Shown here one piece after another: positions 1 to 11,760 of a stretch of DNA of 64,000 nucleotides. The position numbers and the translations under genes were made by a program. A model generated the notes under the pieces. It was not told where the DNA came from, did no database searches, and was given only the letters and a program-made list of their open reading frames with translations. The DNA lies in the IMG/VR virus record IMGVR_UViG_3300021599_000885; one strand, given 5' to 3'. How positions within the stretch are numbered: position 1 is the stretch's first letter; each line of letters starts with the position of its first letter. The DNA comes from a virus.

Positions 1-3000
1 GAAGATGCTCTAGTGAACCCAGAAAGTCTACCCCAAGAGAAGTGTCCGCGTGGGTCTGTAGCACTACCAGTTGTTGATAGACCAGTTATCGGTGTCGTAG
101 ATAGAATATTGCAAGTAGCAACTCCAGTTGTAGCAGAAGAGTGGAAAGAGTTAATAATATAAATGTTATCTAAGAATGTTGTTCCAACACCTACTACAGA
201 AGAATCTGATCCGTTGATAGAAGTAACACCATTTCCAATGCTAGTATTGAAAACATAGATTGGATATCCTTCCTGAAGACCAGTGAATGAAGAAGCATTC
301 AATGTAAATTTGAGTGCTAATGGATTACCACCAGTTCCAACTGTAGTTCCAATTCCAGTAACTGTTCCTGCGAAACCAGCAACGGCATTGATACCAGTTA
401 TGGTTTCGAATGAAATTGTTGGTGTTGAAGTTAGAACTTGTGGAGCAGCAGTGTGTGTATAACCAAAACCAGGATTTACAACTGTTATCGCAGTGATAGA
501 ACCATTAGAAACGGTTGCTGTTGCGGTTGCAGTTGTTCCAACACCAACACCAACTGCCTTAGGAGCAGAAATTTTAACATCTGTGGAAGAACCAACGTAT
601 CCAGAACCACCACTGGTAATCGTAAAGGAACTAATAGTTCCAGCAGCAGAAACAACCGCTGTTATTGCTGCAGCAACAGGATCTGTTGTTGTGTTAACAA
701 TAATACCATTTACGCTAGCAATAGTGATAGCAGACTCATTTTCTTCATAGTTGAAGAATTGTGCGTCATCAACAAAAATCTCTGTACCAGAAGTTGAAAG
801 ATCACCAATAATTTTTGCTGTTGGATAAACTTGTCCTTCAATAGAATCTCTGGACTTGTAGATAAGTTCCCCACCAAGGTTCTTATCAACCTTTTGCTTG
901 GTCCAACTAAATGGTTTGTAGTTGGTATCATCAATTCCAAGACCACCGTAAATATTGGTCTCTACCTTATCTGAAGCATTTATGTTGTAAATTGTTCTTG
1001 GATCTTGAACTTCACTGGTTTTTGTCTTTTGTAGTTGAATAGAATCTCCAACTTTTATCGTTTCATTTACATTAACACTAATCGAATCAGTGTCCCTTGT
1101 TCCCATATAGAAGAATATATCAACCTTATCGTCTTCTTTTGGAGCAGTTGTAAATACGATTGAAGTACCACCTTCAAAGTTATAGTTAACATTTGGTTCT
1201 TGTAAGACTCCATCAATGTAGATTAGTAGTAGTGCTTCAAGATCAATCGCAGCAGAGTCAATATTGTTTGAATCAACTTCGAAACTTAGAAGCTCACCAT
1301 TATACTGAAGTGGGAATCTAGTTCTTATTCCATTTTGTAGACTTGCGATAGAGTCAATGTAATCTAACTCACCAAATTGCCATGCGGCAAAATTATCACT
1401 GAATACATCTAGAACTTCTAGTTCAAAATCATTGATTGGTGCTGCAAGATCTTTGGCGGTTACCAAACCAACTGGTTTGAACTTGTCGCCCTTTCTGAAT
1501 CCCCAACCAGGTCTTGTAATCTTAAAGTTCTTGATTTCAAACAAGGTAGAACCAATACCAACGTTGGTAACCGCAGCACCAACCTCAACATTAAGGAGTA
1601 GACCACTTCCAGTGTCTGTAGTAGCGCCAATACCAAGGCGAGAAACACCAACGATTGGTAGATTTTCATAATTTGGTTCTGGTATTTGAATAGTTGGATT
1701 GGAACTGTATCCACTACCACCATCAACTACAGTAAATGATAGAGTTCCACCAGCACCGACTGTTGCTGTAATACTAGCAGCAGTTCCAGTGTGACTTGAA
1801 TCTGTTACACCAATAGAAACCGTTCCTCTATATCCAGAACCTACAATATCAGTGGAACCAATACCAACAGACTGAATAACACCACCAGATACAACTGCAG
1901 TAACCGCTGCACCAACCAGAGGAGCAAAACCGAGACCTTGAGTTGATCCAAGAGAAACAATCAAACCACCTCTAGGAAGTAAGTTCTGGTTTACATCATA
2001 GTCGGAGATGAAACTTGCATTATTAACACCAGTAAACACAATACTAGAAATACCAGCGTTTTCAATGAAACTGTAGTTTCCTCCAGCATTATTGTTTGTT
2101 GTTGGCGTCTGGAACATATTATTAATAAACACCAAGCCACTACCAGTTTCAATACCAGTGGTGTTTGCTCCTCCAACAGTTAGTCTATAAGTAGCACCAA
2201 TTCCAGTGAACTGTCTTGTGATATTATCGTAGATTTGATTAGTAGAATAATCCTGACGGAGATAAACTCTTCCAGTAAATGATGACTTAGTATAAGGAAT
2301 ATTACTTTCATCTACCAGTTCTTGAGTGTTTCCTCTAGGAGCCTCAGTAAAGTGGATCTTACTTCTGGTCATATTATAAGAACCTTGATAGACCCTAACG
2401 GTTGTTCCATCAGTATGTGTTGTTGCTAAGGTTCCAACAAAACCTCTTTCACTCTTAATAACACTGAATGAACCAGTTCCGGTGATAGGACCAATAGTTG
2501 TAGTTCCGATACCAACGGCATCTACCTTGACAAATTCATCATCAATTTTCAGAACATCACCCGGAAGTATCGAAGAAATACCAGAAACTCCAAAATATGT
2601 TGCTCCAACAGAAATAGAACCACCATTATCAGAGAGAGTATGATTGATTGGAGTAAATGCGAGAGGAGATCTAGCAACACCATCAATAGTAATCAGTGAT
2701 TTCTCCAGTTTCTTACTCATCTCAAGAGTATGAGCATTTCCAGTTCCAGCGGAATTAAAGGTTACTGCTACTCCAGCGTTTGCATTGGATTTGCTTGTAG
2801 CGAGTTTGAATTGATTATTATTAATCTTGATAGCATAAACATCTACTGGAAGAATATTGGTATCGGACATAACCATAGCGGTATATGCTCCACCAACAAA
2901 TGATGATCTTGGTGTGTAGATTAGTCTTTCACCCGTGCTAAAGAAATGATCATTTAGTGTAAATACTCCAGTTCCAAGATTAACAACGGTTGATATTCCA

Positions 3001-6000
3001 GGATTGAACTGCTTTTCAAAAATTGGAACCCCATTGTGAGTAACATCAAAATCAAATCTATTTGTTCTATCTCCATTGATAGAATCAAACTGATTTGTAA
3101 CCAGTCTTTGGTTGATAGTACCATAAGAAAGTACAGCAGGAACATTATTCAAATCCTTCTCTGTTTGAATAATTTCACTGTAAGTTTGTACAGTGATATC
3201 ATCTGAGATATTAGAATCTGGATAGAACACCAGATTGAAGTCGTCACCAGAAATTTCTGATCCAAATGTACCAATTCCTGTTGTACTTTCAACTGAAAGA
3301 TATGGATATTGGACGGTAAATGTATCAATATTGTTATGTTCAAATACAATCTGGTGTAGTGCTGAAGTGCTTCCGTAAGAAACCTTAGCAGTTGTTTTTA
3401 CAGTAGTAACATCTAATCTAGAGTACGTTGAGACGGTTGAGATTCCAGTTCCAGAGAATACTGAGTAGTTGCTTTCTAATCTACCCTCTTTTACCAAATT
3501 ATCTGGTTGTCCAGATGCCTTGAAGATATAAGTTCCAATACCAGACGCAGTAGTACCAAAACCAACAACAGAAGATCTAACAAGAACCTCATTAGATTCT
3601 GTATTCTCAAACTTGAGCGAAAGAACACCAGAGTCTATACTAGAGATAAAAGTACCAATGAAGTTGTTTGATGCTCCAGATCCAGAAGAGTTGTCGAAGA
3701 AAAAGTCGGACTTATATGTATTGGTTCCATCATGATCGATAAACATATCAACAACCGCCTTGTTCTTCGTTACAGTATCTGTAAGTTCGACGATGGCGAA
3801 GAGAGATTCTGCAGTTCCAGTAGTTTTTTCATAAACAGTTGAGGTAGAACCTACACCAACTGTTACGTTTGAACCAATAAGATCTACAAAACCAATTGAC
3901 TGTGTGTTAATACCAGCAAGAGTTGTATTAAAATTAGTTTTAATAAACTTGATATCAAAATCAGATTCGTAAGGATCTACTGGAGTAAATCTTAGTTTTA
4001 CATTACCAAATGAATCCTTGATTGCTTGAAGATCTGCTAACTGACTTTCTGTATTATATACAGATGATTTTTCAACAGTAATTAGATCATCATCGGCAGT
4101 ATTCAATATAACAATTTCTGTAGATTGTCTATCTGCAGTATTAGGATTGATTATTTGAACAAAATATCTACTATATCCATCATTAGCAATGAAACTATCA
4201 ATGTCCTTGTAAAGAGTTGTGTTTGCATCTTCGGCATTGGAGAACTGACTATTGAAGTTATCGATTGTAAGAACTCTATTAGTTCTACATTCAATGTAGT
4301 CACTCAGTTTCTTATTCTGAAGTTTAACAAACTTTGACTTGTTCGATGATACATCAGTATCAATACCAAAATCAAAGAAGTTGATAGCATCAACTCTCAT
4401 TGTTGACCCGTCAGCATTAAGATTGATAATATCAACCAATGCTGTACTTGTTGATCCATTACTTGTTGCTGCAGAAACTCTTCCCGTACTTGTAATTCCA
4501 GTATCGGCAAAGTTCTTAAGACCTGAAGAGTGTAAGAGTCTATTTACTGGATCTATCCAGTCTTCATACTCAATTGGACTCTTAATGGTGTAAGATAGAT
4601 TCTGATAATAATCATTGTCTGGCAGAACTTGATAATCTTCGTTAAGTTTTCCAATATCATCTGACCAACCATAATCAGTATTCAGACCATAATTGACTTT
4701 AAATATTCCCTTATTTTCCTCAACAGAATCAATCGTTGCTACGGTTCCAGAATCTTTTCCAACAATTACCTCACCAACACTTAAAGTGTAAGTTCCGTAA
4801 ACCTTGATGGAATCATTTAGGTTATCGGTAATAATCAAGTCTCTTTCGGTATAGGTATTACCAGATTTTGTAAATACGGTTTCACCAATAATAAATGCTA
4901 ATGGTTCTTGTGTAACATCAAACGTTGGATAGTTATTCCTGTTCACCAGGAAAGCGAATGAATTTTGATCTGTATTCGCTACACCAGCATTTGTAGCATA
5001 TGGTGAAATATCATACTCAACCTCTGCTGGGTTGGTATTTCTATAAGCAGTTACCTCAAAGAAGTTGTAACTATAGTCTTCTGAGTTGAAACCAGTTCCA
5101 GTTGTAGATGCTAAAGATACGCCCTCAACAAAAACATAATCTCCTACACTAAATGGTGCTGTTGCTGTAGTGAATCCAGCAACTGGTGTAGATATAATAC
5201 AAGTAATAATTCCTGCTTGTGATGTGAATATGCTGTTAATACCAACACCATTACTATTATTAACAGAATAAATTTGGGATTTTAGCTCAGAAATTCCTCT
5301 TGGGGATTCAATAATCTCAACAGATGAAATTGCAGCACCTTGTACTTTTGCTATTACGAGACCAGTATCATATGCTCTTCCAGTCGCTGGGTTAACAATG
5401 ACTAGATCTGGTGCTGATGTATATCCAGAACCACCAGATGTAACATTAATATTGCTAATTTCATTTCTATTTACAACAGTGATATTTGGTGAAATGTAGA
5501 CCTCAGGATTGAGAGTCTTGTCTGCAGAAAAATCAAATCCAGGATCTTGAATTGTAATCTGATTGATTCTACCCAACTTTGTTGATGTTGGAATAATATC
5601 CGCATTATCTCCAATTGAAGAAGCAATACTTACAAATCTTGGAAGTTTCTTGTAATTTGCTCCACCAAAAGTAATCTTCATCGAATCAACACCACCAAGA
5701 GCTCTTGGTGAAGATGTGGAGTACTTAAGAACGCTTGTAGAAGATTGATTATAATCAAGATCTTCAGGAACACCTCTTAGTGAAATATCGAACGTGGTTG
5801 TACCTACACCAGAAACTGCATATGTTCCATTATATCTACTATCAACCAATAAGATTTCATTATAATTTTTAACGTCTGTATCAGCAGTGCTAATAAAACC
5901 AGACTTTTCTAACTGATAATAAATCTTTGATGGAAGATCTTTATGATAGTTAAGTGTGAAAGTTGCTGTGGTTGTAACACCAACAGTTCCAACACCAGAA

Positions 6001-9000
6001 GTACTGAATGTTGTAGATGAACCAATAGAAACTAACTCGTTCTTGAAATCACTATCATAGAATAGTTTAAGTTTGTAACCACTCAGAGATGTATCAGATA
6101 CATTGAATACTAGGTTGTTATCTCTAACAACTTCTAGTTGTGGATTTATTCTAGATAATTCTTGACTTGAACCACCAGTAGAAGCAAAACTTACAATAGA
6201 AGGTGGTGTAGAAACAGCATCATAAATTGTAGTAGTGAGGTTAATTGTGTCGTCATCAATTCTGTAGACGAAGTATGTTCCAGTCGATAATCCAGATACA
6301 ACCAGGTCAGAGGCATTATAGAAAACCTTATCACCAGTTTTTAGACCGTGTTTTGTTATGGTCAACTCTCCAGTTGACGTATTGACTGATGTTGAATTAA
6401 ATCCAATTGGATTAACTAGCAGTCTATCGTGTGTGGAATTGTACTTGACGTAAACTGATGCGGATGTCCCAACTCCAACAGACTGTTGAGAATTCAAACT
6501 CAACTTGATAGTATCACCATTGGTTAAGTTATGATCTGTAGAAACAGAAACTCTAGCCTTAATTTTTTCCGCTCTAGCGGTTACTTGAGTCTTATTGGAT
6601 GTGAAAGAATATCTATAGTCGTTGCTATCTCCATTTTCAATAAATGATCTGAAATATAAACCTTCAGTATTTGTTGTTAGACCAACTTGTGTGCACAGAC
6701 CGACAATATCATCAGATTTCTTGATTACATATAGAGTTTCCGAGTCTCCAGTTAATGGAATTCCAAATGCGGGACTAGTTTCCGTATTTGAAACATTGAT
6801 TCCATGTGTCCCATTAACTCTTTCAAATGTTACTTGTTGACCAGTTTTAAATGGGTGATCTGGTAGGTAGATACTTTGGACAGGAACAGAAACTGTTTTT
6901 GCCCTTCCGCCAACCAAATATGTGTTTGATGATGCTGAACCAGTAGTTGTACCAATACCTACAGATTGAATAGGGTTGAAGTATATCTTATCATTTACAC
7001 TAGAATCAAAGTATGAAGTCTTAACTGGTAAAGTAAATCTATTTGTTGATACAAATACGTCTGTGTGTGCTGTGTGAGCAGACCCTGTAACTCCTCTGAT
7101 TACCCTTATAACCTTATTTTCTGGATAAGTATTGAGAACAGACATTCTCTCTGTTCCAATAGCAACAGTTGTTCCAGCAGAGACTGTAGAAGGAATACTG
7201 ATAACAAAAATATCAGTAACAAAACCAACTGTTGAATTTGCTGCTACTTCGGCAACTAGTCTAGTTGTTTCTGAAGTAACTCCAATTTTATGGGTTTTTG
7301 TTAGTCCAGGAACGAAGGTAGATAGTCCAGAAATAACAATCTGGTCATTCTCTAAGAAAGTATGATATGGATCAACGTGAACGGATACTTGATTCGAATT
7401 ATCCCAAGTAAGAACGTTAGATTGATAAGTTTGAATTGTAGTATTTACATCAACAATTGATTTACCAGTTACGGATCCAACATATGCAGAGAGTCCTCCA
7501 CCATTAGTATCTGTACTATCAAATGATGCAATATCACCTACTCTGTAATTTGCTCCAGACTCATTGATTACAAATCCATCAACAGATCCCTTAGTAATAG
7601 AATCAATAACGGCACTTTGCATTAGAGTCTCATAAGACTCAGAGATAAAATCGTTATTGGCGTATTTGTCTCCGATCTTATATGGGAAAGTGTTTCTTGT
7701 TAGTTCTGAATTATTGAAATTATATCCTTGATCAATATTTTGTGTGATTGGGGTTGAACGATATGTATGACCTATAAAGTATGGAAACTTGCTATTCTTC
7801 CCATCACTAGTAATGCCAACGTGATATGCATAAACTCCATTGGGGAATTCTGGTGTCTTAGCATATCTTCCATTATGTTCATCAAGGTCTCCAGAAGAGG
7901 TGAACTTATAATCTTCGACAAAAAATCCTGCAGTGAATCCAATCGGTCTATCAACAATATCGGATGTAGATTCTTCGTATCCATTGCTCAGAATTTTGAT
8001 TCCAGAGTTAATATCTGAAGGATCGGCATAAGCATATGCACCATAAATTGGATTTCCATCATAAGCCCAACCAATAATTGGTGAATGTGATGTTCCATCA
8101 TCACCAAATTGGGAAGAACCAATGCTGGTTGTGTATCCAACTAATCCGTATCCAAGTTCTCCATTAGTTTCTAAAAGAATCTCATCACCAAAACGATAGT
8201 GATTATTCAAAGTTAATGCTCTTACAGAAGCTTCCACATTACCATTTCTACCTGCTGGAGTCACAGTAATTGAGGTGGTATTCTGAGAGTACCCTACTCC
8301 AGGATTAATAACAACAACGTTGGTGATCTTACCACCAGATACCATTGCTCTTAGTTTAGCACCGACACCATCACCAGATACTGTTAAATCTGGTGCCGAG
8401 GTATATTCACTACCACCACTAGTTACCTGAACAGAAACAATAGAACCACTAGAAATGAGTGGTTTCAGTTCAGCATCTTTACCATTCTTTATTTTAATAT
8501 CTGGTCTCTTGTGGAAGTTTAAAATAGTTGTACCATATCCAGTACCAGTCTCATACAGATATAAATCAACGATTTCACCCCTAATAATTGGAGTTGCAGT
8601 AATAACACCAGTTATACCATCATACTCGGTATTTACTGAGATTGTTATATCAGGATAAGCGAAGTTTTGGAAACCAGTTCCAACTCCTGTAATGGAAACT
8701 GGAAGTCTCTTAGTATAATCTGCGGTAATAGTTCCACCAACACCAGCATTTGCTAGTTTGAACGTGCTATCAGAAATCTTAAGAACTTTATATCTTAAAG
8801 AAGTTGATAAACCAGTTACTGCTGTCCCATCGGTTGTGTAAACAACAACATCACCATCAGCAAAACCGTGGTTTTCAAATATGATTGAATTCTCAACCGT
8901 TGAAATATTTTCAGATTTAACTTTAAGTTTTCTATTTTGGTATCCACTTCCCGAATTGATAACCTTAATGGAATTGAGAGTTTTCTTATCCTCATACATT

Positions 9001-11759
9001 CTAAACTTATGAATACCCTGAGAAGTTGTAGTAAATCCTACTGTATTAATCCCACTTGAGTAATTCGCAAAAGATTCATATAGTTTGATTGAGGTATTAT
9101 TTACCAATTCTGCAAAATAAACGGAACCACTATTCAATGACAGATCTTGGTGAGTATTACTTCCACCAAATGTTCCAACGCCAATAGAATTATTTCCATT
9201 TCTGCTATAGACAATAGCATCACCATTTCTCAGGTTATGAGGCTTTGTAAATGTGATTGTCTCATCTGAGATGTTAATCCCACCACCATCAGATGTTAAA
9301 CGTGCATCAAACTCAATCTCACGATATCTTGTTCCAACAACAGGTTCCAGAATAGCACCAGATCCATTACCACCATCAATAGTAACAGATATTACATCCT
9401 TAATATCAAAATCTTGGGGATCTACTTTAACCTCTTTTACGTTACCTTTTACAACTGGTCTAACCAACGCAGTTGTACATCCAACTCCTGGAGAAGAAAT
9501 AACAATCTCTGGTGGAGAAATAACATCATAATTCGTTCCACCATTATAGAGTCGAATTTTTTCTATTGGACCATAGTAAATCTTATCGGTCGATTTGTAG
9601 TTGATAATTTCAACTCCGTTGACCAGCATACCAGTTGATTCTGGTGGAGTTGAAGAACCTTTACCATTTTGAATATTTCTACTCAATGGAAACTTCTTAA
9701 GAAGTTTTTGTGGGTAAATATATCTACTCTTTTGAGATGATAATGTAAATGTATGGGATCCAGTAGCACTACTAGAAGTAAACTCAATAGGATTATCACT
9801 AACAATTAGTGATCTTGATGCATATAATTTGATTTGGTTTGTTAAAGGAAGGACTTTAACGTAGTAGTATCCTTCACTGAGACCATTCAGTGCTGCTGAT
9901 GAATAGGTGTAATAAACTTCATCCCCAGTAATGAATGGAACGTTGCTAGCAAAAGAAAGAATCGAATACTTTTCGGTCTCTGTATTGTATCCTTGTAGAG
10001 CACTTCCACTTGCTGATGTTATTGTTGCTTTAGAAATATCTTCACTAATATCATATGATGGTAGTGAGTTTGAAGCAACATATCCATATCCACTACGATC
10101 TGTGTAAACGTTCTGAACATCACTAGTGATGGTGTTATCGCCATAGAAGATCTCAGTTCCACTACTAGATGCAGTGTTTAACTTTCTCCTAATTGTGTAG
10201 ATAACTGTAGGACTAGCAGTGAATCCGCTGAGATTATTGAGTGTTATCTGCCTGTTTACTGCATCAATAGTAGCGACAGTAGCATTGCTATGAAGAACGG
10301 TTTCTGTTACTCCATTAAGAATATCTACAGTATCTCCTACTTTAAGACTTGACTTATCTATTTCAGTCTTTAATTGGAAATTTGAACCACTAATACTATC
10401 AACATCAAATCTTGAGCTGGTATTGTAAATCCAACTGTTAGCAAATATTTCTTTATTAGTCTTGTTTGCACTTGGATTTAAGATTTTTTCACCAACATTC
10501 TTGGTATAAATCTTTTGACCTTCAGTAGAAAGTAAAATATCACCTATTGGTTCAAATTCAGACAATACACCTGTAATACGAAGTTCTACTTTCTTGGTAG
10601 TATCACCATTCTCATATCCATAAAATACTTCATCAGTTCTAAGATTTGCCTTTGTTGGAATTGCAACAGTAACACCTGTGCATCCTAAGAACTGGTTTAC
10701 AGTCTTAGACGTATATTCAATAGCATTGGTTCCAAAAACAACCCTGCCAGTATCAGCAAATCCTACTGTAGAATCTACAGTGATTACAGAAGATCCAACA
10801 GATACTGCGCTAATAACTTTTGTCTGTGGTTGAATTTCAAATGTACCTTCAATAAGGTCTCTATCATCAAATCCAACAAACAGACCAAGTTTAAAATATG
10901 TGCTAATACCAGATCTGGTGAAGATTTCTACTTCCGATACAGACGCTTTAGTTTCTGAATCTGATGATTTTATTATCGTTTGTCCAACCAGATTGTTTGG
11001 ATCACCAGAAATTCTTTCTGCAACAACAACTTCTCTTCTGATAAACTGTGCAGAAGATGGTTTTACAAGATATTCTTCTAGGTCAACTACCTGAGGAACA
11101 ACGCCATATAGAACTTTAAATAGTATCTTATATGATTCTTCCGTTCCTTTTGCTTCATAGAGACTTCTTGCTTCTTTTATGAAGTTATTAACATCAAGAT
11201 TGGGTACAAAATCAACATTCTCAAGACCTGGTGTGAAGGAATACTTGAGTTTATTATAAAATTCTTTAAGAAAACGGGTACTTAGGTTCTCTACAGAACT
11301 TCCAGAATCGTGAGATGCTGATGATGACGTACTAAACAGCAGTTCTTCTGGGTCTAAATCTGTTTTATATGTGGTAATACCACTAAATCCTCTAATACAT
11401 CCAGTAAAAGAGTTTGTAGTGATACCAGTATAGGTAAAAATCTCATTGTCGATCTTAAACAGACCATACTCATGAGGAAATCCTTTTGTAGATGCAACTC
11501 GAACAGTCTCATCGGTTGATGAAATACCAACAGAAAGAGTAGTCTCACCAATAATTACTTCTGGAGTTAGATTGTCTAACTTCAAATACTGATCAAGATT
11601 ATCTGAAAGGTCTGATGGACCAGACTGATATTCTTGAGAGATGTAATATTGTTTTAGAAAATCTACTGTTTTTGGACTTTCTGAAAGTATGAATTCTGGT
11701 AGTTGACTTTCAATTATTTGCTGAACTTTTACCCTCTTCTCAAAGCCCGTTTGTATCAT
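1..11759 (-). CDS. gp7: Baseplate wedge initiator gp7-like giant structural protein (>3900 aa, 3' end outside window)
   Basis: ATG at 11759 (MIQTGFEKRVKVQQIIESQLPEF...). The same frame reads ...TDPRGHFSWGRLSGFTRASS at the left edge; only the two ends were translated by hand. Directly downstream of gp6, as in cyanomyoviruses. Probably missed by the ORF track because no stop lies in the window. Confidence 0.85.
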   Translation of the reverse strand, partial: MIQTGFEKRVKVQQIIESQLPEFILSESPKTVDFLKQYYISQEYQSGPSDLSDNLDQYLKLDNLTPEVIIGETTLSVGISSTDETVRVASTKGFPHEYGLFKIDNEIFTYTGITTNSFTGCIRGFSGITTYKTDLDPEELLFSTSSSASHDSGSSVENLSTRFLKEFYNKLKYSFTPGLENVDFVPNLDVNNFIKEARSLYEAKGTEESYKILFKVLYGVVPQVVDLEEYLVKPSSAQFIRREVVVAERISGDPNNLVGQTIIKSSDSETKASVSEVEIFTRSGISTYFKLGLFVGFDDRDLIEGTFEIQPQTKVISAVSVGSSVITVDSTVGFADTGRVVFGTNAIEYTSKTVNQFLGCTGVTVAIPTKANLRTDEVFYGYENGDTTKKVELRITGVLSEFEPIGDILLSTEGQKIYTKNVGEKILNPSANKTNKEIFANSWIYNTSSRFDVDSISGSNFQLKTEIDKSSLKVGDTVDILNGVTETVLHSNATVATIDAVNRQITLNNLSGFTASPTVIYTIRRKLNTASSSGTEIFYGDNTITSDVQNVYTDRSGYGYVASNSLPSYDISEDISKATITSASGSALQGYNTETEKYSILSFASNVPFITGDEVYYTYSSAALNGLSEGYYYVKVLPLTNQIKLYASRSLIVSDNPIEFTSSSATGSHTFTLSSQKSRYIYPQKLLKKFPLSRNIQNGKGSSTPPESTGMLVNGVEIINYKSTDKIYYGPIEKIRLYNGGTNYDVISPPEIVISSPGVGCTTALVRPVVKGNVKEVKVDPQDFDIKDVISVTIDGGNGSGAILEPVVGTRYREIEFDARLTSDGGGINISDETITFTKPHNLRNGDAIVYSRNGNNSIGVGTFGGSNTHQDLSLNSGSVYFAELVNNTSIKLYESFANYSSGINTVGFTTTSQGIHKFRMYEDKKTLNSIKVINSGSGYQNRKLKVKSENISTVENSIIFENHGFADGDVVVYTTDGTAVTGLSTSLRYKVLKISDSTFKLANAGVGGTITADYTKRLPVSITGVGTGFQNFAYPDITISVNTEYDGITGVITATPIIRGEIVDLYLYETGTGYGTTILNFHKRPDIKIKNGKDAELKPLISSGSIVSVQVTSGGSEYTSAPDLTVSGDGVGAKLRAMVSGGKITNVVVINPGVGYSQNTTSITVTPAGRNGNVEASVRALTLNNHYRFGDEILLETNGELGYGLVGYTTSIGSSQFGDDGTSHSPIIGWAYDGNPIYGAYAYADPSDINSGIKILSNGYEESTSDIVDRPIGFTAGFFVEDYKFTSSGDLDEHNGRYAKTPEFPNGVYAYHVGITSDGKNSKFPYFIGHTYRSTPITQNIDQGYNFNNSELTRNTFPYKIGDKYANNDFISESYETLMQSAVIDSITKGSVDGFVINESGANYRVGDIASFDSTDTNGGGLSAYVGSVTGKSIVDVNTTIQTYQSNVLTWDNSNQVSVHVDPYHTFLENDQIVISGLSTFVPGLTKTHKIGVTSETTRLVAEVAANSTVGFVTDIFVISIPSTVSAGTTVAIGTERMSVLNTYPENKVIRVIRGVTGSAHTAHTDVFVSTNRFTLPVKTSYFDSSVNDKIYFNPIQSVGIGTTTGSASSNTYLVGGRAKTVSVPVQSIYLPDHPFKTGQQVTFERVNGTHGINVSNTETSPAFGIPLTGDSETLYVIKKSDDIVGLCTQVGLTTNTEGLYFRSFIENGDSNDYRYSFTSNKTQVTARAEKIKARVSVSTDHNLTNGDTIKLSLNSQQSVGVGTSASVYVKYNSTHDRLLVNPIGFNSTSVNTSTGELTITKHGLKTGDKVFYNASDLVVSGLSTGTYFVYRIDDDTINLTTTIYDAVSTPPSIVSFASTGGSSQELSRINPQLEVVRDNNLVFNVSDTSLSGYKLKLFYDSDFKNELVSIGSSTTFSTSGVGTVGVTTTATFTLNYHKDLPSKIYYQLEKSGFISTADTDVKNYNEILLVDSRYNGTYAVSGVGTTTFDISLRGVPEDLDYNQSSTSVLKYSTSSPRALGGVDSMKITFGGANYKKLPRFVSIASSIGDNADIIPTSTKLGRINQITIQDPGFDFSADKTLNPEVYISPNITVVNRNEISNINVTSGGSGYTSAPDLVIVNPATGRAYDTGLVIAKVQGAAISSVEIIESPRGISELKSQIYSVNNSNGVGINSIFTSQAGIITCIISTPVAGFTTATAPFSVGDYVFVEGVSLASTTGTGFNSEDYSYNFFEVTAYRNTNPAEVEYDISPYATNAGVANTDQNSFAFLVNRNNYPTFDVTQEPLAFIIGETVFTKSGNTYTERDLIITDNLNDSIKVYGTYTLSVGEVIVGKDSGTVATIDSVEENKGIFKVNYGLNTDYGWSDDIGKLNEDYQVLPDNDYYQNLSYTIKSPIEYEDWIDPVNRLLHSSGLKNFADTGITSTGRVSAATSNGSTSTALVDIINLNADGSTMRVDAINFFDFGIDTDVSSNKSKFVKLQNKKLSDYIECRTNRVLTIDNFNSQFSNAEDANTTLYKDIDSFIANDGYSRYFVQIINPNTADRQSTEIVILNTADDDLITVEKSSVYNTESQLADLQAIKDSFGNVKLRFTPVDPYESDFDIKFIKTNFNTTLAGINTQSIGFVDLIGSNVTVGVGSTSTVYEKTTGTAESLFAIVELTDTVTKNKAVVDMFIDHDGTNTYKSDFFFDNSSGSGASNNFIGTFISSIDSGVLSLKFENTESNEVLVRSSVVGFGTTASGIGTYIFKASGQPDNLVKEGRLESNYSVFSGTGISTVSTYSRLDVTTVKTTAKVSYGSTSALHQIVFEHNNIDTFTVQYPYLSVESTTGIGTFGSEISGDDFNLVFYPDSNISDDITVQTYSEIIQTEKDLNNVPAVLSYGTINQRLVTNQFDSINGDRTNRFDFDVTHNGVPIFEKQFNPGISTVVNLGTGVFTLNDHFFSTGERLIYTPRSSFVGGAYTAMVMSDTNILPVDVYAIKINNNQFKLATSKSNANAGVAVTFNSAGTGNAHTLEMSKKLEKSLITIDGVARSPLAFTPINHTLSDNGGSISVGATYFGVSGISSILPGDVLKIDDEFVKVDAVGIGTTTIGPITGTGSFSVIKSERGFVGTLATTHTDGTTVRVYQGSYNMTRSKIHFTEAPRGNTQELVDESNIPYTKSSFTGRVYLRQDYSTNQIYDNITRQFTGIGATYRLTVGGANTTGIETGSGLVFINNMFQTPTTNNNAGGNYSFIENAGISSIVFTGVNNASFISDYDVNQNLLPRGGLIVSLGSTQGLGFAPLVGAAVTAVVSGGVIQSVGIGSTDIVGSGYRGTVSIGVTDSSHTGTAASITATVGAGGTLSFTVVDGGSGYSSNPTIQIPEPNYENLPIVGVSRLGIGATTDTGSGLLLNVEVGAAVTNVGIGSTLFEIKNFKITRPGWGFRKGDKFKPVGLVTAKDLAAPINDFELEVLDVFSDNFAAWQFGELDYIDSIASLQNGIRTRFPLQYNGELLSFEVDSNNIDSAAIDLEALLLIYIDGVLQEPNVNYNFEGGTSIVFTTAPKEDDKVDIFFYMGTRDTDSISVNVNETIKVGDSIQLQKTKTSEVQDPRTIYNINASDKVETNIYGGLGIDDTNYKPFSWTKQKVDKNLGGELIYKSRDSIEGQVYPTAKIIGDLSTSGTEIFVDDAQFFNYEENESAITIASVNGIIVNTTTDPVAAAITAVVSAAGTISSFTITSGGSGYVGSSTDVKISAPKAVGVGVGTTATATATVSNGSITAITVVNPGFGYTHTAAPQVLTSTPTISFETITGINAVAGFAGTVTGIGTTVGTGGNPLALKFTLNASSFTGLQEGYPIYVFNTSIGNGVTSINGSDSSVVGVGTTFLDNIYIINSFHSSATTGVATCNILSTTPITGLSTTGSATDPRGHFSWGRLSGFTRAS

Positions 11760-11760
11760 T

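Noticed and set aside
438-11551. Small ORFs on both strands in the first 11.5 kb
   Set aside because: All lie within the giant gp7 reading frame.
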